DNA of 14,999 bases from a virus. Taxonomy: Duplodnaviria > Heunggongvirae > Uroviricota > Caudoviricetes. Position numbers and translations under genes: made by a program. Positions 7,571 through 13,781 of the stretch are shown one piece after another. Each line of letters begins with the position of its first letter. Positions within the stretch are counted from its first letter, which is position 1. The notes under the pieces are model-generated. The model searched no databases. It was not told where the DNA came from and saw only the letters and a program-made list of their open reading frames with translations. Location: the IMG/VR virus record IMGVR_UViG_2563366959_000014. One strand, 5' to 3'.

Positions 7571-7748
7571 GCGGCAAAAACTCAACCGTTTTTCATAAGG
7601 AAATCAGCAATCGCACCGATCGTTTTCCCGCCTGGTAATGAATATTGGTGAGCACATTAACAGGCGGGAAAGTGGCCCCAGCGTCCTGGCACCACTGGCG
7701 AGAATAATCATGATTCAGGGCGGGTAAAATATGCCGATCCGGTCAATG

Positions 7749-7773
7749 AACAACGTGGAACGACCACGAACAA
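7749..7773 (+). promoter_or_regulatory. Copy B of the composite direct-repeat site (AACAACGTGGAACGACCACGAACAA)
   Basis: Exact 13-mer shared with 252-264 and 13702-13714; about 215 bp upstream of the capsid operon start. Confidence 0.4.
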
Positions 7774-7790
7774 ATAATTTACAAAAAATT

Positions 7791-7814
7791 ACAAAAAGCC
7801 GGATTGCTCCGGCT
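7791..7814 (-). terminator. Rho-independent terminator (minus strand)
   Basis: AGCCGGA / TCCGGCT stem, 4-nt loop, followed on the minus strand by TTTTTGT; 10 nt after the stop of the 74-aa gene. Confidence 0.7.
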
Positions 7815-7824
7815 GTATGGGTGC

Positions 7825-8049
7825 TCAGTCCCTGATCCCTTTCAGAAATTCTATCAATGCATCTATCTGTTCAGGATTTACTGCCAGCATTTCACCGGAT
7901 AGAGCACATCTCACAAAACCATGCTGATCCTTTTCAATCAGTGCGCCCGTCTCCAGGAATGCGCGGTAATCATTGATGTTCATCGTCTCCATGTTGTCAG
8001 CATGGTATTTATCACGCTGTTTTAATATCTCATCAAATTTCATCGGCAT
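7825..8049 (-). CDS. Hypothetical protein (74 aa), moron-like cargo
   Basis: ATG at 8049 with AGAGGA Shine-Dalgarno; AT-rich relative to neighbours; bracketed by two near-identical terminator hairpins. No family recognised. Confidence 0.6.
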   Translation of the reverse strand: MPMKFDEILKQRDKYHADNMETMNINDYRAFLETGALIEKDQHGFVRCALSGEMLAVNPEQIDALIEFLKGIRD

Positions 8050-8144
8050 TGTTTTTTCCTCTGTTGTGTCTGTTTGTTTCAGATAGTAACTATGCCGGAC
8101 CGTGACGAAAAGCCGGTAATGCGCCATACCGTTTCAACTGGCGC

Positions 8145-8168
8145 AAAAAAAGCCGGATTTCTCCGGCT
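8145..8168 (-). terminator. Rho-independent terminator (minus strand), near-duplicate of 7791-7814
   Basis: AGCCGGA / TCCGGCT stem with a T-run on the minus strand; 6 nt after the PerC-like stop. Confidence 0.7.
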
Positions 8169-8174
8169 GTGTGA

Positions 8175-8447
8175 TTAGCTGTCCTGGTAATTGCGCCATA
8201 TTTCATCACCAGCACCATCTATACCCATTTCGGCATAAGTGCGATTGACTGCCTTTCTCAGGTCTCCGAAATTATCAGGCGGCTCCGGTGGCCTCTGTGC
8301 CTTCCTGGAACATTCCAGCCGTCGCATCGTGATGTGATGCCGTTCCTTGTCTGTCTCCACCAGCATCATGACTTCACCCCATCGCGCCGCCGCCCTCCGG
8401 TAAAATCCTTTCGCTTCGAGTTCTTCCGCTATGCGGTCATGTACCAT
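8175..8447 (-). CDS. PerC-family small transcriptional regulator (90 aa)
   Basis: N-terminus MVHDRIAEELEAKGFYRRAAARWGEVM matches the conserved AE.LE..G.YRRA..RW signature of PerC/Pch proteins as I recall it. ATG at 8447 with GAGGGGGTGA Shine-Dalgarno just after the SSB stop. Confidence 0.6.
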   Translation of the reverse strand: MVHDRIAEELEAKGFYRRAAARWGEVMMLVETDKERHHITMRRLECSRKAQRPPEPPDNFGDLRKAVNRTYAEMGIDGAGDEIWRNYQDS

Positions 8448-8457
8448 CGTCACCCCC

Positions 8458-8868
8458 TCAGAACGGAATATCATCACCGTAAGGGTCATCGCCTCCCGCT
8501 GGTGGCTGATTACCCTGTGTGCCTGTGGTTTTGCGTCTGCTGCCGCCTGGTCGCACCGTTTTCGCACTGATTACGCTGTCGGCAATGACCTGATAACCCT
8601 GACGCGTCTCCCCGTTCTGTCCGGTCCACTGGCTTACCTGCATCGTGCCGGATACGCTGATTACGTTGCCTTTCTCATGTCCTGCCAGTTGGTCGGCCTG
8701 TTTGCCAAATGCCAGGACCGACAGCCATAACGTAGCCTGCCCGTCCTGCGCCTGACTGCATGGCAACGATACCGCCATACGCGCCAGCGTCATCGGTGTG
8801 CCCTTGCTGGTCTGTTTTACCTGCGGGTCGTCCACCAGCCGCCCGTAAGCTGCAATTTGTGCTGTCAT
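8458..8868 (-). CDS. ssb: Single-stranded DNA-binding protein (SSB)
   Basis: OB-fold-like N-terminal region, a Gly/Gln/Pro-rich linker, and the canonical acidic C-terminal tip ending DDIPF. Confidence 0.85.
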   Translation of the reverse strand: MTAQIAAYGRLVDDPQVKQTSKGTPMTLARMAVSLPCSQAQDGQATLWLSVLAFGKQADQLAGHEKGNVISVSGTMQVSQWTGQNGETRQGYQVIADSVISAKTVRPGGSRRKTTGTQGNQPPAGGDDPYGDDIPF

Positions 8869-8877
8869 ATTGCCACC

Positions 8878-9183
8878 TCAGTGAAGCGATCCGGCGTTGT
8901 TCTTTTTCATCTCTTCCATCATTTTTTCAGTGAGCATTACACACTGAAAACCCATGTTTTTGATGTCTACGGGTTTCATGCCTTTGTCAGTGGATATCAC
9001 AGGCAGAATATCCTGATACACATCGCGGTCAGGGTAACTAAGCACACAAAGCGCCCATGATGCCACAGGTGAGGATCCTTCGTCTGTTTCAACCCACCAG
9101 CCTGGTGTAGCTGCGCTTATTTGCAGAATCGTGATCCGTCCGTTGTGCTTGTAAAATTTTTCACCAAATTTTGGTTCGCTCAT
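8878..9183 (-). CDS. Hypothetical protein (101 aa)
   Basis: ATG at 9183 overlapping the upstream stop (ATGA), GGAGAGGTGG Shine-Dalgarno. No family recognised. Confidence 0.6.
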   Translation of the reverse strand: MSEPKFGEKFYKHNGRITILQISAATPGWWVETDEGSSPVASWALCVLSYPDRDVYQDILPVISTDKGMKPVDIKNMGFQCVMLTEKMMEEMKKNNAGSLH

Positions 9184-9425
9184 GATTCCACCTCTCCGGT
9201 TTTAACGTTGATGGTTGTTACCTGTTCCGCTTCGGCAATCTCCCGTTCTGTCAGCGTGGCAAAGTTTGCAGCTGCCGTTGTCATGAATGCGCTAATCAGT
9301 TCGGGATGTGCTTTCGCATATCCTTCCCCGGCGTTGCGGTCGATGATTTTTATCGACACCCTTAACCAGTGTTCCGTCAAATCAAGGGCGTGCGATTGTG
9401 ATTTTTTTGTGTGCTTCGCTGTCAT
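9180..9425 (-). CDS. Hypothetical protein (81 aa)
   Basis: ATG at 9425, first gene downstream of the origin on the minus strand. No family recognised. Confidence 0.55.
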   Translation of the reverse strand: MTAKHTKKSQSHALDLTEHWLRVSIKIIDRNAGEGYAKAHPELISAFMTTAAANFATLTEREIAEAEQVTTINVKTGEVES

Positions 9426-9466
9426 AGGCTTTATCTCACAGCAGTAAATTAAAATTTTTGCGTTTT

Positions 9467-9700
9467 AACCCTTCACCTGTTCACCTTTTGATATTTTATC
9501 TTTTAATTCATAATGTTAAGGGGTGAACAGTTTCACAAAAACTATTCACCAACTGTTCACCACTGTTCACCCTTGAAGCTCAATAAACAATCAAAAAGGT
9601 GAACAGTGAATAGTTTGGTGAACAGTTCATAAATAACTGTTCACCCTATAATATACTGATATAAAAGATATTTATGACAGGGTGAACAGTGGTGAACAGT
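9467..9700. repeat. Replication origin: about ten GGTGAACAG / CTGTTCACC iterons in both orientations within an AT-rich segment
   Basis: Iteron copies at 9478-9485, 9522-9530, 9543-9550, 9553-9561, 9563-9571, 9598-9606, 9617-9625, 9638-9646, 9681-9689 and 9691-9699; the segment lies directly 3' of the primase gene. Confidence 0.75.
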
Positions 9701-9712
9701 TATTCCATAAGT

Positions 9713-11530
9713 TTAATTTTTGCTATCGTCATTAGTGACCGATACACATGACGGCATCCAGTCTTCTGATTCCTCCGTCAGTGTCACGTTTGAACGCAAA
9801 CCGTGCTTCGTTTTCCGTTTCATATACTCCCTGCCATATTCCGCCATTGCCCCCGGCATATCTTTACCGAAGCGCGTCAGTGTTACAGGTTTACCAAACC
9901 CATGTGCCTTCATATAAGCCAGATAGGCATGATAGAGATACCTGCGCGGGCTGAATGGCACAATTTCAGCATTACCCACTAACAGGCCATCACACATTAC
10001 CGACGCCATGAGATAGCCGCAGAAGTCCACCAGCGAATCACCTTCACGCTTTATCGCGAGTGCTTCTTCTGATTTCTGCTGCTCATATAAAAGGCGTCTG
10101 GCTTCGTCCTGGTCAGCAAACCGTGTAAGCAGATGACGAATCACTACCGCCAGCTCACCTTCTATTTTTTCCGCCAGCATTGAATCGCGTTCGTTCTCCG
10201 GTACAACTTCCGAAAAATTGAATATCACCCGACGGCGCGAGATCCCCCCGCTGCGGTCACTGAATGACATGGCGTTATTGTTAACCGCCAGCACTACTGC
10301 CGGAATACGCGTTGAGTAGGGGGCTTTGTGTTTCGGGTCAATTGCCACCTTGTCACCGCCTGTAATGGCCTTAATTCCTGCCCCATCACCAGCGTAGCGG
10401 GTCATATCCGGCATGATAATCAGCGAAAAGCCAACCACTAACGCGCGTTCCCTTGCATCTTCCAGCGCCTTCATGCTTGCCGATACTGTGTTGGCCTTAC
10501 CCGCCAGCATGGTGCAAATCTCCGCCATCACGCTTTTACCACTTCCCCCTGGACCTGTTACCTCAATGAATAACTGCCAGTCGTACCGGTTCGCCAGCAC
10601 CATGAATAATGCAGCCAGTACGCGATCCGCCTTGCGGTCATTCTCAGCCACCGAACGGCGTAACCACTTCCAGAAATTCGGCGCATGTGTTGCCAGCGTT
10701 TCTCCCTCTGCTGGTGGGCTGAAAGGTAATTCACTGGCAATTAACAACCAGTCGTTTTTGTTATGCTCCCGAAAATCGCCTGTCCGGGTATCAAAAACAC
10801 CGTTACTGAATCCAATCAGGTTACGGGCTGTATTCCCCATTACAGGCAAACTTAACTTCATGGTATCGACCGCCGATTTAATGGCGTTCTGCGAATAGCT
10901 GATCTCCGCATCAATGAAAATCTGTGCCATAGCTCGCTGTAATTCTTTATCCTGTACTGGCTCCCATACAACGCCGTTGTAATAGTGAACAGTGTCAGAG
11001 TCAGCATGAATCGCCAGTTCACCGCCATAATGTGCCAGGAGAACTTCGCCGCGTTGACTTGCTCCCATCTGGTTAAGCGCCAGTGATGAAGCGTTATCGT
11101 CTTTTACCCGCTCTTTTTTCTTTACAGGCAGTTCAACTACCTTTTTCTTTTCCGCCTGCTCTGCCCGTTCACGTTCCAGATATTCGCGCCAGTTCTCCCG
11201 TTTCTGGCTGTGCATTCCTTCAGGGTAATAATCAGCATCCCTGACACCTGCCGCTGCCAGTTTCTGCCCGATGGTATTAACAAGCCCCGGACGCAATAAC
11301 CCCGCCTGGTAGAGACGCACGCGATAGCGTCCGTCCGGTACGATTTGCAGGTTGTCCAGTTCGGCAAGTTGTTGCTCTCCAAGCCAGACAGGAGGCACGC
11401 TGTCGCCAGCCAGTCGCCCGTCCTGTTCCTGCCACTGCTTCGCATGTGCCCACGCATCACTACCCGCAAAAATGATGACTTCCGTCATTTTGTCACGTGG
11501 CTGGTGTTTTAAATTTGGCGCTTTTTTCAT
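9713..11530 (-). CDS. Replication primase/NTPase, P4-alpha C-terminal-domain family
   Basis: 605 aa from the ATG at 11530 (MKKAPNL), which overlaps the upstream stop (ATGA) and follows a GGAGAG Shine-Dalgarno. Walker A motif GPGGSGKS and a Walker B-like hydrophobic stretch; followed by the iteron origin. Confidence 0.85.
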   Translation of the reverse strand: MKKAPNLKHQPRDKMTEVIIFAGSDAWAHAKQWQEQDGRLAGDSVPPVWLGEQQLAELDNLQIVPDGRYRVRLYQAGLLRPGLVNTIGQKLAAAGVRDADYYPEGMHSQKRENWREYLERERAEQAEKKKVVELPVKKKERVKDDNASSLALNQMGASQRGEVLLAHYGGELAIHADSDTVHYYNGVVWEPVQDKELQRAMAQIFIDAEISYSQNAIKSAVDTMKLSLPVMGNTARNLIGFSNGVFDTRTGDFREHNKNDWLLIASELPFSPPAEGETLATHAPNFWKWLRRSVAENDRKADRVLAALFMVLANRYDWQLFIEVTGPGGSGKSVMAEICTMLAGKANTVSASMKALEDARERALVVGFSLIIMPDMTRYAGDGAGIKAITGGDKVAIDPKHKAPYSTRIPAVVLAVNNNAMSFSDRSGGISRRRVIFNFSEVVPENERDSMLAEKIEGELAVVIRHLLTRFADQDEARRLLYEQQKSEEALAIKREGDSLVDFCGYLMASVMCDGLLVGNAEIVPFSPRRYLYHAYLAYMKAHGFGKPVTLTRFGKDMPGAMAEYGREYMKRKTKHGLRSNVTLTEESEDWMPSCVSVTNDDSKN

Positions 11531-11826
11531 TTCTGCTCTCTCCACGCGGCAATCATGTTTTTTAGTTCCTGTAGTTTTTTATCAACATCCATACATGACA
11601 CATGGTTATTTCTGGAAAGCGGGATTTCCCGCCTGAATCTGCTAATAAAGATCTCCACGTTCAGCGAACTAAGAAATGAATAGCCATCACGGATAAAATA
11701 CACTCGGTCAAACATCAGTTCTTTTACCGTTACTCTGTTACCGTTCTTATCCAGATAAATAGCGCCGGGGATAATTTGGGGGTGTGCATAACCGCTGGCA
11801 GTCAAGCCAGATAAATATGTTCTCAT
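11527..11826 (-). CDS. Hypothetical protein (99 aa), AT-rich
   Basis: ATG at 11826 with GGGGA Shine-Dalgarno; stop overlaps the primase start. No family recognised. Confidence 0.55.
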   Translation of the reverse strand: MRTYLSGLTASGYAHPQIIPGAIYLDKNGNRVTVKELMFDRVYFIRDGYSFLSSLNVEIFISRFRREIPLSRNNHVSCMDVDKKLQELKNMIAAWREQK

Positions 11827-11832
11827 GATTAT

Positions 11833-12153
11833 TTATCCCCGATTTAAATCAGTATTCGCTTTCTTTATAGCATTTAATGCATCTTTGGCATTTTCAATGG
11901 TGCACCGTAACGAAATATCAAACTGTCCAAGCATTGCCAGTAACAAACCGATATTACCCATATCAATGCGCATGGCCTTTTCGTCATATTCCTTATTTTC
12001 TGACGCATACCACATCAGGCTACCAATTGACGAAACAGCCATTGATATATTGTCAGTAGCCCCATCCGCAGCGGAATAAACCTTTTTAGCAATATCATGC
12101 TCACAGTTAAAATGCGGATTAATCAGGTACTGGTAATTGGTCATGTCAGTCAT
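11833..12153 (-). CDS. Hypothetical protein (106 aa), AT-rich
   Basis: ATG at 12153 (alternative at 12144), overlapping the 3' end of the upstream small gene. No family recognised. Confidence 0.55.
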   Translation of the reverse strand: MTDMTNYQYLINPHFNCEHDIAKKVYSAADGATDNISMAVSSIGSLMWYASENKEYDEKAMRIDMGNIGLLLAMLGQFDISLRCTIENAKDALNAIKKANTDLNRG

Positions 12154-12349
12154 GGCACACCCCCTGACGAATACGGGCGGCGAATACCATCACGCAGCCA
12201 GCCGGGGATTGCTGGCGTGCTTCCTGTTCGCTGCTGGCCTCAATGGTAATCACGCGCGGTTGTGCCGTGCTCAGGGCGATAAAACGCCAGATGTATTTAT
12301 TCAGGTTGTGCGAGTCCCGCCCTTGCGGGTGTGTGGTATGATTTCTCAT
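12146..12349 (-). CDS. Hypothetical protein (67 aa), first gene of the minus-strand replication operon
   Basis: ATG at 12349 with GAGGT Shine-Dalgarno at 4-nt spacing; this is the C-terminal 67 codons of a longer spurious ORF. Weak support. Confidence 0.4.
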   Translation of the reverse strand: MRNHTTHPQGRDSHNLNKYIWRFIALSTAQPRVITIEASSEQEARQQSPAGCVMVFAARIRQGVCHD

Positions 12350-12445
12350 AGCTACCTCGATACTTTCGCTATCGTTGGTGGTTAGAAGCCCGGTTAGTGT
12401 TAGCGCACTGCCGGGTTTCGTCGTTTCTGCACCTTGCGCCAACAA

Positions 12446-12499
12446 GGTGTTGAACACCAATTTAAACCCAGGTGTTAAACACGTCAAGTGTTGAACACT
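12446..12499. promoter_or_regulatory. Three palindromic operators (GTGTT-N-AACAC) in a divergent promoter region
   Basis: GGTGTTGAACACC at 12446-12458, GGTGTTAAACACG at 12471-12483, AGTGTTGAACACT at 12487-12499. The third overlaps a plus-strand -35-like TTGAAC (12491-12496), with a 17-bp spacer to a -10-like CATACT (12514-12519). Confidence 0.6.
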
Positions 12500-12548
12500 T
12501 ATTTTTTTTCCTGCATACTGCATTTGTTTTTTATGAGGGGTACACCAC

Positions 12549-12728
12549 ATGGCGACAAAAGCAGTAAACGCAAAATCACAAACCGTTGCGGCAAGGGTTC
12601 CGCATGAAGTTATGAACAATGTTGAGGCGGTAAAAATGCCTGGCGAAAGTACGGGGCAATTTGTTACTGCAGCATTAAAACGAGAAGTTGAATATCGCCA
12701 GCGGCGCAAGGCCAAAGAACCAGAGTAA
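12549..12728 (+). CDS. Ribbon-helix-helix (Arc/CopG-like) DNA-binding protein, 59 aa
   Basis: Not in the supplied ORF track (under 60 aa). ATG at 12549 with GAGGGG Shine-Dalgarno. TVAARVP (beta strand), HEVMNNVEAV (helix), GESTGQ (turn), FVTAALKREV (helix) fits the RHH pattern. Divergent from the replication operon. Confidence 0.55.
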   Translation: MATKAVNAKSQTVAARVPHEVMNNVEAVKMPGESTGQFVTAALKREVEYRQRRKAKEPE

Positions 12729-12785
12729 TCACCATCAGCGCCGTGGTGTAAGGTATTACGGCGCATTGCTATGCAGGACAACACA

Positions 12786-12959
12786 ATGACCGATAAAGAA
12801 TTGACCAAAACATTATCACCGGCACGGAAAAGACGGCGCAGAAAGATAGAGCATGAATCAGAAAGATTCGCGCCATGTGCTTTTGCCCTTGAGCAATTCC
12901 TTAAAGAGTACAGGGAAAAGCGCTCATTGCAGGTATGGCAACGAACTGAACCAGACTGA
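12786..12959 (+). CDS. Small basic hypothetical protein (57 aa)
   Basis: ATG at 12786 with AGGA upstream (alternative start at 12771); contains an RKRRRRK basic tract; followed by a terminator. Confidence 0.4.
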   Translation: MTDKELTKTLSPARKRRRRKIEHESERFAPCAFALEQFLKEYREKRSLQVWQRTEPD

Positions 12960-13054
12960 TAGCATTGCCCACCAGCCTGATAGCGACTATCATTGCCGTT
13001 CTTATGTTTGGGATCACACACACAAACGGCGCAGCGGGTTATCTGTTCAGAAAG

Positions 13055-13082
13055 GCGGCTCCATTTCGGGGCCGCTTTTTTT
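13055..13082 (+). terminator. Rho-independent terminator (plus strand)
   Basis: GCGGC / GCCGC stem followed by seven T, about 95 nt after the stop of the second plus-strand small gene. Confidence 0.6.
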
Positions 13083-13228
13083 ATGTCTGAAAAACCCCAA
13101 TTTTGTTGTTTTTCAGTTTCACCAGGGCGAACGAATCCCCGCCCACGTTCGGGCGCATATTCAATCTTCATGGTTATAGCTCTGTGTTCAGATGATTGAT
13201 GTGTGGCGGCTGCGTGCCGCCAGCGTGA

Positions 13229-13417
13229 TTAATGAACTGCCTTGCAGCTATCCTTCCAGGCCAGAACCTCGGATAAAGACCAGCCAACGGAACGACCGCC
13301 AAGTTTACGACGTGATGGGAATTGTCCGGCCTTTTCCATGCGGTAGCGACACGTACGGCTAAGGCCGGTTAGTTTTTCGCATTCTTTTTCACGTATAAAC
13401 CGATCAGTGCTTAACAC
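13229..13417 (-). CDS. alpA: AlpA-family regulator / excisionase-like HTH protein
   Basis: 62 aa; KLTGLSRTCRYRMEKAGQFPSRRKLGGRSVGWSLSEVLAWK fits the AlpA/Vis winged-helix pattern. GTG start at 13417 with AGGGGG Shine-Dalgarno at 5-nt spacing; lies downstream of the integrase. Confidence 0.8.
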   Translation of the reverse strand: MLSTDRFIREKECEKLTGLSRTCRYRMEKAGQFPSRRKLGGRSVGWSLSEVLAWKDSCKAVH

Positions 13418-13568
13418 TATTGCCCCCTTTCGTTTCTTAAAGAGTCATCAGGTGTCTTATTGTGTCGTATTGTTCCCGCTAGAGTGATGAATGGCAAATG
13501 TTGGTGGCGGATGGTTTACAGAAAGAGGAATAATCAGGATAAAATCATTTAAATTCATGTTAATACAA

Positions 13569-13599
13569 AGGCATAAAATCTCGTTTTATGCCTTTTTTC
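13569..13599. terminator. Hairpin with flanking A/T runs, likely terminator for the integrase transcript
   Basis: AGGCATAAAA / TTTTATGCCT stem with a 5-nt loop; TTTTTT follows on the plus strand and a U-rich stretch follows on the minus strand. Confidence 0.45.
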
Positions 13600-13689
13600 T
13601 CACGCTTTAAAGCGTGATTCGCTAATGTATAAAAAACCAGTAATATAATAAAAATCAGCGACTTATAAATCTGTATGCTTTTTCGCCTC

Positions 13690-13740
13690 TTGTTCGTGAT
13701 TGTTCCACGTTGTTGCACATTGTTTCACGTTGTATCTGTT
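13690..13740 (-). promoter_or_regulatory. Copy C of the composite site, embedded in five tandem 10-bp repeats (TGTTnCACnT)
   Basis: Consecutive decamers TGTTCGTGAT, TGTTCCACGT, TGTTGCACAT, TGTTTCACGT, TGTATCTGTT; reverse complement contains the exact AACAACGTGGAAC. Lies between the integrase stop and alpA. Confidence 0.45.
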
Positions 13741-13781
13741 CGCATATCCAGTATGCGCATACTGAAAAAACCCGAAAAAAA

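Noticed and set aside
9467-9700. Possible CRISPR array suggested by many short repeats
   Set aside because: The repeats are 8-9 bp, occur in both orientations with irregular spacing, and sit next to a primase. These are origin iterons, not CRISPR repeats.
10413-10898. 161-aa plus-strand ORF, plus minus-strand ORFs 10558-10740 and 11137-11469, inside the primase gene
   Set aside because: Antisense or out-of-frame shadows of the well-supported 605-aa primase ORF.
12146-13171. 341-aa minus-strand ORF spanning the divergent promoter and the plus-strand small genes
   Set aside because: The composition is Cys/Arg/Ser/Thr-rich with no recognisable fold, it runs through the operator region and antisense to better-supported genes. 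Only its C-terminal 67 codons, with their own Shine-Dalgarno, are kept as a tentative gene.
12853-13179. 108-aa plus-strand ORF
   Set aside because: It reads through the plus-strand terminator at 13055-13082, has no Shine-Dalgarno and an implausible composition.
13204-13222. Hairpin TGGCGGC-tgcgt-GCCGCCA just downstream of alpA
   Set aside because: No U-run follows it on either strand, so it is not called a terminator; possibly a stabilising 3' structure.
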